In this document: piece by piece, positions 1 through 8,631 of the stretch
Layout of the letters: each line of letters starts with the position of its first letter
Numbering within the stretch: position 1 is the first letter of the stretch
Assembly (NCBI GenBank): GCA_964012805.1
Contig: CAXGUD010000019.1
Location: forward strand, 1 to 64,000
DNA from: an uncultured Bacteriovoracaceae bacterium
Lineage (GTDB): Bacteria; Bdellovibrionota; Bacteriovoracia; Bacteriovoracales; Bacteriovoracaceae
Length of the DNA: 64,000 nucleotides
Direction of reading: 5' to 3'
The notes under the pieces: generated by a model
Seen by the model: only the letters and a program-made list of their open reading frames with translations
The model's database searches: none
What the model was told of the DNA's origin: nothing
Position numbers and translations under genes: made by a program

Positions 1-300
1 CAAGATTGCTCACATGTGGATAACTTTACGCACACTAATCGCTGCTCCTCGTAGGGGTTTATCCACAAAAAAAAATTTTATGTTGAAAACTTGCCTAAGT
101 ATTTGAAATTAATAGTTTATTTTATTAACATTAATTCACAATTTTAAAAAACATTTGTGGAAAACCTCCAGAAAATGTGGGGAACATAAAGTTATTCACA
201 GGATATTCACAATTGCGCTGTGGAAAAAACTTTGCTGCTTTCGGGTCGCTTCTGTGCTTCGGCAGTGATGTTGGGAAAAATGTGTATAAAGTGTGAAAAA
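1..300. promoter_or_regulatory. oriC: oriC-like region: DnaA-box cluster with AT-rich stretch, downstream of dnaA
   Basis: Perfect boxes TGTGGATAA 15-23 and TTATCCACA 59-67; TTATTCACA 192-200; TGTGTATAA 281-289; TGTGGAAAA 156-164 and 219-227; AT-rich stretch ~68-155. Confidence 0.85.
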
Positions 301-309
301 CTTTTAGTC

Positions 310-1977
310 TTATAGTAAGTTTTGAATTTCCAGGATTACGTTTGCCAGGTAAGAATCTTTTTTCACTTGCTGATTAATCTTATTAACGGCATGTATTACT
401 GAAGTATGGTCCCTTCCTCCATAGAAATGACCTATTTCTTGTTGGGTAGCTTTTATTATCTTCCTTGATAGAAACATTGCGATATGTCTAACCTTGGTTA
501 TGTCCTTACTTCGAGCCTTTGATTTTAAGTCGGCGAGGGGAATTTTAAAGTGCTGTGATACAGCTTTAGCGATATCATCTAAGTCGGTGACTTTTTTATT
601 TTGGGACCTTAGGTTAAGCTGCTCCCTTACTATGTCTTCATCTATGTCCATCTTCATAACATCTGAGAAGGCCGATAGTTTGATAAGGGAACCTTCCAAC
701 TCTCTTATGCTTGATTTTATTGATGAGGCTATAAGTGTTATAACGTCGTCTGTGCAATAGAGATCAAGTTCATAGGCTTTCTTTTTTAAAATGGCTATTT
801 TTGTCTCAAGGTCTGGTCTTTGGATATCTATAACTAAGCCCCATTGGAGCCTAGTTTTAATTCTCTCTTCGATTCCTGCAATTTCTTTAGGCGGTTTGTC
901 TGAGGTAAAAATTAACTGCTTACCTTTATCATGAAGCTCATTAAATATATGAAAAAACTCATTTTGGGTTCCTTGTTTATCTTTGAGCTCATGAATGTCG
1001 TCTATCATTAAAACATCTATTTTTTCTGAATATTTTTTTCTAAATCTGGAAATATTGTTGTTTTGGATTGAGTGAATCATTTCATTCATAAAATCCCTTG
1101 CTGTGATTAGACATACAATTAGGGAAGGGTAGTGGTTACTTATGGTATTGGCCACGGAATGTAGTAAATGCGTTTTACCCAAGCCTGAATCGCTATAAAA
1201 ATAAAGAGATGGATACTTACCTGATTTTCCTGGATTATTAGCAACTGCTTTTGCAGTAGCGCATGCGATATTGTTTGAGGGGCCAATTATAAAATTTTCA
1301 AAGGTTTTATTAGGGTCAATGAGAATGCCACTTTGGTCAGGTTGCATATGGTTAATGTATTTGGATTCTACTTTTGAAAGCAAGTCTTCTTTTGTTGGAA
1401 TAAGGTCTAAGTTTATGCCTTTTTGTTCCTTAGGGTCACTTGGTTCCAATAAAGAGGTCGTCAACTGTTCTTTTTTCTGATTTGTTTCTGATTGCAATGA
1501 GTTGTTTAAAAATCTAACAACTGAAGGCTTTTTCTCTGTGGGCAATTGAAGGGATGTGTCTCTTTTATTATAACTTTCTTCAATAATAGAAGATTCAGTT
1601 TTGATGAAAATTTTTCTACTTTCACCGAGAGTTTTGAAAATGGCATCTTCTAAAAAAGAGATTAGATATTCAGTAATCATTGTTTTGATGAAAGCCGTAG
1701 GAACGAAAAAAGTAATTGTGGAACTCGTCAAATGTTGAACTTCAAGGTTTTTAAAGAAAGCATTAAATTTATCTTGTGAGGTAGCTCCTTTTATGAGGGA
1801 CCGCATTTGTTTAGTTAATTCTTCAAGGTTGTCATTCGTTATGTTTTGACAATTATCGTATTCTTGCTCCATTGATGTTTCATTAAGTTTGTCGAATTCT
1901 AGTTGCTCTTCTTCATGAGGAGGAGTTTTTTCCATTGATGGTTTTAAAAAATGTTGAAAGGGAAAATTGCGACTCAT
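310..1977 (-). CDS. dnaA: Chromosomal replication initiator DnaA
   Basis: TFENFIIGPSN, Walker A GLGKTHLL, Walker B LMIDDI, SIRELEG, domain IV GGRDHTSVIHA. Confidence 0.98.
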   Translation of the reverse strand: MSRNFPFQHFLKPSMEKTPPHEEEQLEFDKLNETSMEQEYDNCQNITNDNLEELTKQMRSLIKGATSQDKFNAFFKNLEVQHLTSSTITFFVPTAFIKTMITEYLISFLEDAIFKTLGESRKIFIKTESSIIEESYNKRDTSLQLPTEKKPSVVRFLNNSLQSETNQKKEQLTTSLLEPSDPKEQKGINLDLIPTKEDLLSKVESKYINHMQPDQSGILIDPNKTFENFIIGPSNNIACATAKAVANNPGKSGKYPSLYFYSDSGLGKTHLLHSVANTISNHYPSLIVCLITARDFMNEMIHSIQNNNISRFRKKYSEKIDVLMIDDIHELKDKQGTQNEFFHIFNELHDKGKQLIFTSDKPPKEIAGIEERIKTRLQWGLVIDIQRPDLETKIAILKKKAYELDLYCTDDVITLIASSIKSSIRELEGSLIKLSAFSDVMKMDIDEDIVREQLNLRSQNKKVTDLDDIAKAVSQHFKIPLADLKSKARSKDITKVRHIAMFLSRKIIKATQQEIGHFYGGRDHTSVIHAVNKINQQVKKDSYLANVILEIQNLL

Positions 1978-2110
1978 TAGAAACTCAATATCTTTGTTTG
2001 AAAGGTTTAAAAAGAACTATTAACACAGCCAAGACTATTTTCCAATAAATCTCATCGTGTCAGAGAATAAGCCTTTTTTAAGAAAAATGGTTAATTTTTG
2101 CTTAAAGCCA

Positions 2111-2139
2111 TTGACCTTTTAATTCTCTCTCTGTATTTC
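2111..2139 (+). promoter_or_regulatory. Putative sigma70 promoter of rpmH operon
   Basis: TTGACC 2111-2116, 17 bp spacer, TATTTC 2134-2139. Confidence 0.45.
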
Positions 2140-2213
2140 TTTGTTCTCTTTTAGACGGGTAGACTCAACGAACTGGGTCTTTAAATAAAATCTATTGTGA
2201 TGAGGAAAATCTC

Positions 2214-2366
2214 ATGAGTAAAAGAACTTGGCAGCCAAAAAGAAGAAAAAGACTGAGAATTCACGGTTTTTTAAAGAGAATGTCGTCTCCTGGTGGACGA
2301 AGTGTTTTAGCAAGTAGAAGATCTAAAGGCAGGAAGCGTTTAACCGTATCTGTCGGAACTAAATAG
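2214..2366 (+). CDS. rpmH: 50S ribosomal protein L34 (not in ORF track)
   Basis: Own translation [57 protein letters not shown]; position between dnaA and rnpA. Confidence 0.97.
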   Translation: MSKRTWQPKRRKRLRIHGFLKRMSSPGGRSVLASRRSKGRKRLTVSVGTK

Positions 2367-2381
2367 AAAATATTTATTCTT

Positions 2382-2780
2382 GTGGCGCAATTCTATCTCT
2401 CGAAAAAAAATAGACTATCTTCTCCAAAAGCCTTTTTAAATTTAAAAAAAGGCGCTGATTGTCTTAAAACTAGATGGGTTCGAGCTTTTTTTAAGAGCTC
2501 TCTTGATAGTGAGAGCAATGATACTCGAATTGCTATGAGTGTTAGCAAAAAAGTCGGGCCAGCTAATCAAAGGAATCGCTTAAAAAGACTTGTTAGGGAG
2601 AGGTTTAGAACTTCTAATGTCAAAAAGAGTGGCTTTGATATCCTCTTTGTTGTTTCTCCCAATCTCTTTCGTCCTGGGCGTAATGCAGATATTGATAGGG
2701 AAAAGAGGGAGAGAGGGTTCGTAGATTGCATACAGGAAATCCTTTTGAAGTTAGAAGGGTCCCGCTTTGGGGATGATTAA
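2382..2780 (+). CDS. rnpA: Ribonuclease P protein component
   Basis: [21 protein letters not shown] (RNR motif); synteny. Confidence 0.95.
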   Translation: MAQFYLSKKNRLSSPKAFLNLKKGADCLKTRWVRAFFKSSLDSESNDTRIAMSVSKKVGPANQRNRLKRLVRERFRTSNVKKSGFDILFVVSPNLFRPGRNADIDREKRERGFVDCIQEILLKLEGSRFGDD

Positions 2781-2785
2781 CTATT

Positions 2786-3001
2786 TTGAAGAAAGTATTT
2801 ATTTTTATTATTCGTGCTTATCAGGTCTGTATTTCTCCTATGTTAGGCTCGAATTGTAGGTTTGTGCCAACCTGCTCGTGTTATTCCCATGAGTGTTTTC
2901 AAAAGTTTTCTTTTTTTAAAGCAATGTGGTATTCACTACTTCGAATTTTGAAATGCCATCCATTCCATCGTGGGGGAGTGGATCCTGTACCACTTGATTG
3001 A
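2786..3001 (+). CDS. yidD: Membrane protein insertion efficiency factor YidD
   Basis: [30 protein letters not shown]. Confidence 0.96.
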   Translation: MKKVFIFIIRAYQVCISPMLGSNCRFVPTCSCYSHECFQKFSFFKAMWYSLLRILKCHPFHRGGVDPVPLD

Positions 3002-3040
3002 GACATATGATGGCTTTTTTATTAAAATTGGAGAAAAAAA

Positions 3041-4522
3041 ATGGGTTCTGATCAGAGAAGAGTCTTTTTGGCGGTTGTTCTATCTGGTGTTGTTTTAGTT
3101 GTTTGGCAAACTTTTTTCGCCCCTAAGGTTTCTGTTGATGATAAGATCAAAGCCTATGAAGAGCGTGGGAAGGTCTACGACAAACAAGCTGGAACATCAA
3201 ATGCGGATAAAGCTTTTGACGGGGCTCCTTCAAGGGAGGTTATAAAGTCATCATCTGCAAAGGTTGAAAGTCACACTCTAGATGATGGTAAAATAAATTT
3301 TTCTTTTAACAACAGTCTTGAAATTGAAGGCTCTCAAAATAAAAACGCAATTATTGATTTTGTATCTACAGTTGGTCGTGGAAAGCCATTTCAAATTCAG
3401 GTTTTGACCCCAACAGGACCTCAGGCTATTTCACTAGACTGGACAGTAAGTGATGATGGCAAGAGCGTAATAGGAAAAGATGAAATTTTAGGTTTGAACG
3501 TTGTAATATCACTCCTAGACAATGGCAAGCTAGACTTCACTATTAATTCAACTAGAGCTCATCGTTTCAGGTTTATTTTGAATTCCACTAAAAAAGAGAT
3601 GGACAACAACCAAATGAGAAAATTTCTTGTTTTCTCTAAAGATGTAGACCGTTTCATTGTTGGTGATAGTGAAAGTGGGGAATCAAAGGTTAAGTGGTTT
3701 GGTATAGACTTTAATTTCCACCTATTTGCATTTACCTTTGAGGAAAAGCAAATGGCTAAGTTTTCAACTAGCGAATCGGGGCGGTTTTATTTAGATACAA
3801 TTGAACCTGTTAATAAAATTAAAGGTGGCTTGATTTTTACAAAAAAAGACTATGATTATTTAATGTCTTTTGGTGATAAACTAGAACTATCAGTGGACTT
3901 TGGTTTCTTCTATATCTTAGCAGTGCCTATTATGAGAGGTCTTCAATTCTTTTATCAGTATATACCAAACTATGGTATTGCAATTATCCTTCTAACTCTT
4001 TTAATTCGAATGATAACTTTCCCATTACAGTATAAATCGTTTAAGAGTATGAAGAAGATGCAAACAGTTCAGCCAGAGTTAACTAAAATTAAAGAAAAGT
4101 TTAAAGATGATCCCCAACGGATGCAAAAAGAAACAATGGAGTTGTTTAGAAGGGCAGGAGCGAATCCTTTAGGAGGATGTTTGCCTTTATTACTACAAAT
4201 GCCTATTTTCTTTGCTTTTTATCAAGTCTTGTATGAGTCTGTAGAGTTATTAGGAGCTCCTTTCTTTGGTTGGATTACTGATCTTAGTCAAAAAGACCCT
4301 TTGTATGTTCTGCCAGTATTAATGGCTCTATCGATATTTTTACAGCAAAAGTTTCAACCATCAACTACGGCAGACCCAACTCAGAAGAAAATAATGATGT
4401 TCATGCCTTTTTTCTTTGGGTTTATAATGATTAATGTTTCATCTGGTCTTGTTTTATATATTTTCGTCTCGACATTATTTGGGATGATTCAGCAATATTT
4501 TGTTTATAAAACCACAGATTGA
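3041..4522 (+). CDS. yidC: Membrane protein insertase YidC
   Basis: N-terminal TM, NYGIAIILLT, NPLGGCLPLLLQMPIFFAFY, WITDLSQKDP. Confidence 0.97.
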   Translation: MGSDQRRVFLAVVLSGVVLVVWQTFFAPKVSVDDKIKAYEERGKVYDKQAGTSNADKAFDGAPSREVIKSSSAKVESHTLDDGKINFSFNNSLEIEGSQNKNAIIDFVSTVGRGKPFQIQVLTPTGPQAISLDWTVSDDGKSVIGKDEILGLNVVISLLDNGKLDFTINSTRAHRFRFILNSTKKEMDNNQMRKFLVFSKDVDRFIVGDSESGESKVKWFGIDFNFHLFAFTFEEKQMAKFSTSESGRFYLDTIEPVNKIKGGLIFTKKDYDYLMSFGDKLELSVDFGFFYILAVPIMRGLQFFYQYIPNYGIAIILLTLLIRMITFPLQYKSFKSMKKMQTVQPELTKIKEKFKDDPQRMQKETMELFRRAGANPLGGCLPLLLQMPIFFAFYQVLYESVELLGAPFFGWITDLSQKDPLYVLPVLMALSIFLQQKFQPSTTADPTQKKIMMFMPFFFGFIMINVSSGLVLYIFVSTLFGMIQQYFVYKTTD

Positions 4523-4537
4523 TATACTGGTCTAAAT

Positions 4538-5998
4538 TTGAAGCTATTTGACGAAAAACCAATTATCGCTTGTTCGAGTGGAGTTGAAACTAAGTGTGCT
4601 ATTTCACTTTTGAGGTTAAGTGGCTTTAGAGATATTGCTTCTCTAAATAAATATTTTGATAAAAGTCTTGATTCTTTTGTTCCAAGGAAAAGCTACCTTG
4701 TTAATATTGTAGATAAGGAGCAGGTACTGGATCAAGCTTTACTCACTTTTTTTCAGGGACAAAAGAGTTATACTGGTGAGAATACTGTAGAGCTTTCTGT
4801 TCATGGAAACCCAATAAATGTTAAAAGAATTTTAAAGCTTTTCACAGCTGATGGTTTTTTTCGCTTAGCAGAGCCTGGCGAATTTACTTATCGAGCCTTA
4901 AAAAATCAAAAACTAACATTATCGCAAGTAGAGGGATTAGATTCTCTTTTAAATGCTAATTCTGAGGCTGTTTTCTCGCAGGGCTTAAGCCTATTAAGGG
5001 GTGACCTTCACGCAAGCTATTTAAAGCTTCTAGAGCTCTATACGAGCTTAAAATCTTCGGTAGAGCTTATGATTGATTTCTCCGAAGATATTGGTGAGGA
5101 AGTAGCTTTGAGTAATTTTGTAGATAATTTTCGTCGTTTTTATGATCATTTAGAGAGTTTACATAATAGAACAAAAGTTAATTTGTCTGGCTTTCTTTCT
5201 CCAAGCATTGTTCTTGTAGGAAAGACAAATGCAGGCAAAAGCACGATTTTTAATCTTTTACTGAATACTCAGAGGTCTATAATCTCAAGTATCCCAGGAA
5301 CAACTAGAGACTATATAAGCGAGTATATTGATATAGAAGGGGTAAATTATAAATTGGTTGACACTGCAGGACTTAGAAGCACAGAGGATAGTATTGAGGC
5401 AGAAGGTATTAACTTGGCCATTGATATCTATAAGAAGTCTTTTTTTAAAGTACTAGTGATTAACCCATATGAGAGTTTTGATTTGCCTGGAGAAGTTTCT
5501 AAAATCGATTTCATTATTTTTAGTCACTGTGAAAAAGAGGGCTCCTTAGACCTGTGCGATAAAATTATCTCAGAGGCAAGCCTAGAAGGGATTCCAGGTG
5601 TTTTTATTGGATTAAAGGAAAGTGGTTCTATAGGACCACTCCAAAGTTTTAAATTTTTTGGTCCTATAGGACCAAAAAATTTAGGGACTGGTCCTATAGG
5701 ACCAACGAAAAATGATAATATAAGAGAGGCACTAGATTTATTTGAGAGAGTTATCTCTTCGAGGTATAAAGAGCTAATGCAGTCAGATCCCATTGTTGTT
5801 GAGCGTCATTCAGGCGTTATCAAGGATGCTTATTTATATGCTCGCCAATTTAAGGACACTTATAAGAAGGTTGATGATGTCGGGATATTATCTTCAGAGG
5901 TTAATGTTCTGGGTGAAAAGGTATCCGAGCTAATTGGTATAGTAAGTCCTGACTCAGTGCTCAATAATGTCTTTATAAATTTTTGTATTGGTAAGTAG
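4538..5998 (+). CDS. mnmE: tRNA modification GTPase MnmE (TrmE)
   Basis: SYTGEN..HG, AEPGEFT.RA, G1 GKTNAGKS, G2 PGTTRD, G3 DTAG, C-terminal FCIGK. Confidence 0.95.
   Translation: MKLFDEKPIIACSSGVETKCAISLLRLSGFRDIASLNKYFDKSLDSFVPRKSYLVNIVDKEQVLDQALLTFFQGQKSYTGENTVELSVHGNPINVKRILKLFTADGFFRLAEPGEFTYRALKNQKLTLSQVEGLDSLLNANSEAVFSQGLSLLRGDLHASYLKLLELYTSLKSSVELMIDFSEDIGEEVALSNFVDNFRRFYDHLESLHNRTKVNLSGFLSPSIVLVGKTNAGKSTIFNLLLNTQRSIISSIPGTTRDYISEYIDIEGVNYKLVDTAGLRSTEDSIEAEGINLAIDIYKKSFFKVLVINPYESFDLPGEVSKIDFIIFSHCEKEGSLDLCDKIISEASLEGIPGVFIGLKESGSIGPLQSFKFFGPIGPKNLGTGPIGPTKNDNIREALDLFERVISSRYKELMQSDPIVVERHSGVIKDAYLYARQFKDTYKKVDDVGILSSEVNVLGEKVSELIGIVSPDSVLNNVFINFCIGK
5621..5704. repeat. Three tandem 16-bp palindromes TGGTYCTATAGGACCA inside mnmE
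   Basis: Cores at 5623-5638 (1 mismatch), 5659-5674 and 5689-5704; the middle copy extends to a perfect 34-bp palindrome 5650-5683. Confidence 0.95.
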
Positions 5999-6036
5999 CC
6001 CTGTCTTTGTTTTTTTTATATCTTGTGTTAGTAAAT

Positions 6037-6052
6037 TGTTCTATGTGGAACT
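6037..6052. promoter_or_regulatory. parS: Degenerate parS-like site
   Basis: TGTTCTATGTGGAACT, 13/16 match to TGTTCCACGTGGAACA, in the mnmE-mnmG gap. Confidence 0.55.
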
Positions 6053-6074
6053 TTTTATAAAAAGTGTGTTTTCA

Positions 6075-7928
6075 ATGAATTATAATCTTGTCGTTGTTGG
6101 TGGGGGTCATGCTGGTTTAGAGGCAGCTTGGATTGCTGCGGAGTTAGGGTTAAAAACAGCCCTTGTAACAGGCCCGAATGTTAAAATTGGTTCAACACCA
6201 TGTAATCCTGCTATTGGCGGTGTTGGCAAAGGTCAAGTCGTTCGGGAAATCGATGCGATGGGTGGTCTAATGGGTAGGCTTGCGGACCTATCAGGAATCC
6301 AGTACAGGATTTTAAATGAATCCAAGGGATATGCTGTTCAGTCCACGAGGGTTCAGTTAGATAAAGATATCTATGCTTTTAATGCAGAGAAGTTGATTTC
6401 GAGTCATAAAAATATAAGTGTGATAAAGGAAAAGGTCGATAAAATTGAAAAAAGTAATTCAGGATCTTTTCTTTTTTTTGGTAACTCTAAAAGCTTAATC
6501 GCAGAGTCGGAAAAAGTTGTTGTTACAACAGGTACTTTTCTAGGGGGAGTATTACACCGAGGAAGTGAAAAAATTAAGGGTGGAAGAGTTGGGAGTCCTT
6601 CTTCAAAAAATCTAAAAGACCTTTTTGCAAGTGTTAAAACCTTAGGGAAAAAGTTTAAAACAGGCACTCCACCTAGACTAAACAAAAATACAATTAATTT
6701 TTCAAAGATGACACCTCAACCTTCAGATTTAAGCGCTAAAAACTTCCACTGCTTACATAAACCTAACTTTAGGTTTTTACCTCAAGTTGAGTGCTATCTA
6801 ACGCGTACAAATGAAAAAACTTTGGGGATAATAAGAGAGAATAAAGAAGATTCTCCTATTTTTAATGGTCAAATAACTGGTGTGGGGCCTCGATATTGTC
6901 CAAGTATTGAGGACAAAGCATTTCGTTATCCTGACAGGAATACCCATCATGTTTTTATAGAGCCTGAGGGCTTAGAAACGCATTCTGTGTACCCTAATGG
7001 TGTATCCACTAGCTTGCCAGCTGATATCCAAGAATCATTTATTAAAACAATAAGTGGCTTGGAACATGTCGAGTTTTTAGTTCATGGGTATGCTGTTGAA
7101 TACGATGTCGTCGATGTGACTCAGCTAGATGAGACGTTACAAAGCCAGGACATCAAAGGTCTGTATTTCGCTGGTCAAATTAATGGAACCTCAGGGTATG
7201 AAGAGGCTGCCGGCCAGGGTTTGATAGCAGGTGTTAATGCCGCATTGTCGTTTTTGGGAAAGGAACCTCTTGTTTTTGACAGAATGGATTCCTATATTGG
7301 AGTTATGGTGGGAGACCTTACTTCAAATAAGCGGGATGAACCCTACAGGCTTTTTACAGCAAGGTCAGAAAATAGGCTGTTTATCCGAGAGGATAATGTC
7401 ATAAATAGATTAGCTCCCTATAGAAAGCTACTTTGCCAAAACAATGAATTGGATAAATACCAAAGACAATATTTGGAAGATTACGACTTGTTAAGTGAGC
7501 TTTGTGAAACTTATTTATATAAAATGACATCAAAGAATATGAGTTATTTTAATAAAATGGGTTATGGTCCTTTGGAAGAAAATATAACTTTAGCTGAATT
7601 GTTAAAAAGAGCTGACTTAGATCCTGTAGAAACTTTGATGAAGGAGTTGAATAACTTTGGAATTAAATTCTTGGATTCTTGTGTTAGATCTGTCGCAATT
7701 TCTAAAAAGTATGCAGGTTATATTAAAAGAGCTTCAACTGAGGCAGAAAAGATTAAAAAGCTAAGTCTCAAGAAAATTAATTGGGAAGCTTTGGTTAATT
7801 CGACAAACATTTCGCATGAATGTCGGCTTCGTATAAAGCAAATCAGGCCAAATAGTTTTGGTCAGTTGAGGCAAATTGAAGGAATAAGGCCAGCTACTTT
7901 GGCCTTTGTTGCGGGAAATTTTATTTAG
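6075..7928 (+). CDS. mnmG: tRNA uridine-5-carboxymethylaminomethyl modification enzyme MnmG (GidA)
   Basis: VVVGGGHAGLEAA, CNPAIGGVGKG, GPRYCPSIEDK, AGQINGTSGYEEAAGQG; start moved to ATG 6075 (track start overlaps mnmE). Confidence 0.97.
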   Translation: MNYNLVVVGGGHAGLEAAWIAAELGLKTALVTGPNVKIGSTPCNPAIGGVGKGQVVREIDAMGGLMGRLADLSGIQYRILNESKGYAVQSTRVQLDKDIYAFNAEKLISSHKNISVIKEKVDKIEKSNSGSFLFFGNSKSLIAESEKVVVTTGTFLGGVLHRGSEKIKGGRVGSPSSKNLKDLFASVKTLGKKFKTGTPPRLNKNTINFSKMTPQPSDLSAKNFHCLHKPNFRFLPQVECYLTRTNEKTLGIIRENKEDSPIFNGQITGVGPRYCPSIEDKAFRYPDRNTHHVFIEPEGLETHSVYPNGVSTSLPADIQESFIKTISGLEHVEFLVHGYAVEYDVVDVTQLDETLQSQDIKGLYFAGQINGTSGYEEAAGQGLIAGVNAALSFLGKEPLVFDRMDSYIGVMVGDLTSNKRDEPYRLFTARSENRLFIREDNVINRLAPYRKLLCQNNELDKYQRQYLEDYDLLSELCETYLYKMTSKNMSYFNKMGYGPLEENITLAELLKRADLDPVETLMKELNNFGIKFLDSCVRSVAISKKYAGYIKRASTEAEKIKKLSLKKINWEALVNSTNISHECRLRIKQIRPNSFGQLRQIEGIRPATLAFVAGNFI

Positions 7929-7929
7929 A

Positions 7930-8571
7930 ATGAAAGATTTTAGTCAAAGGTATCTTCAATATTTAAAAGGTGACCTAAAAGGGTTAAATTTAACTAGAAT
8001 CCTAGATGAAGATGAGTTTTATCAAAAACAGATTTTGGATTCTGTAATTCCTATAGAAAAAACTAGGCTTATAACTGATGTGCTTGAGAAACATAAGCTT
8101 TTGATAGATATTGGTTTTGGTGGGGGTTTTCCTGTTATTCCATTAAGTTATTTATTTCCAAAAGTTAAGTTTGTTGGCTTTGAGGGAAGAGGTAAAAAAG
8201 TAAAGGCGGTTCAAAAGATTGCGGACCATTTTAACCTTAAGAATGTCTCTCTGTTTCATAAAAGAATTGAAGAAGTTTTAATTGATTTAGAAACGGTAAT
8301 TACTTTTAAAGCGGTTGGTAATGTTAATAAATTATTGGCCAGTATTAATTCAACTAAAACAGTCTACGCTTGTTTTTATAAGGGTCCGAACTTTTCTAAA
8401 AAAGAGGGTGATGAGCCTTTATTAAAAGGTTGGAAGTTGGTAGAAGAAAATGAGTTTGAAATTCCTGGGACAGACGGAAGAGTCTTACTCATTTTCAAAA
8501 ATACTAGTGTTCCATGTGGAACAAGCCCTAAAAATAAAATTAACCTTGTCAAACTTTCTGATTTACTTTAG
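7930..8571 (+). CDS. rsmG: 16S rRNA m7G527 methyltransferase RsmG (GidB)
   Basis: NLTRI..ILDS, DIGFGGGFP SAM motif, FYKG; synteny mnmG-rsmG-parA; ATG at 7930. Confidence 0.93.
   Translation: MKDFSQRYLQYLKGDLKGLNLTRILDEDEFYQKQILDSVIPIEKTRLITDVLEKHKLLIDIGFGGGFPVIPLSYLFPKVKFVGFEGRGKKVKAVQKIADHFNLKNVSLFHKRIEEVLIDLETVITFKAVGNVNKLLASINSTKTVYACFYKGPNFSKKEGDEPLLKGWKLVEENEFEIPGTDGRVLLIFKNTSVPCGTSPKNKINLVKLSDLL
8508..8523. promoter_or_regulatory. parS: parS centromere-like site inside the rsmG 3' end
   Basis: TGTTCCATGTGGAACA, 15/16 match to TGTTCCACGTGGAACA, about 110 bp upstream of parA. Confidence 0.85.
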
Positions 8572-8574
8572 CTT
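8546..8574 (+). promoter_or_regulatory. Putative sigma70 promoter for parAB
   Basis: TTGTCA 8546-8551, 17 bp spacer, TAGCTT 8569-8574. Confidence 0.45.
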
Positions 8575-8631
8575 TTTTTAATAGTGATCATGTTTTATTG
8601 ATTGAAGAAAAAAATTGGCTTGGAGTAAGCA

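Noticed and set aside
5621..5704. Possible mini-CRISPR array or collagen-like repeat
   Set aside because: Repeats are only 16 bp with 14-20 bp spacers, in frame in a core gene, and no cas genes are present; the peptide is not a continuous Gly-X-Y run
5524..5793. Antisense ORF containing GPIGP repeats
   Set aside because: By-product of the palindromes within mnmE; no independent gene evidence
5988..6074. Long N-terminal extension of MnmG in the ORF track
   Set aside because: Overlaps mnmE and spans the parS-like gap; the FAD-binding motif begins right after ATG 6075
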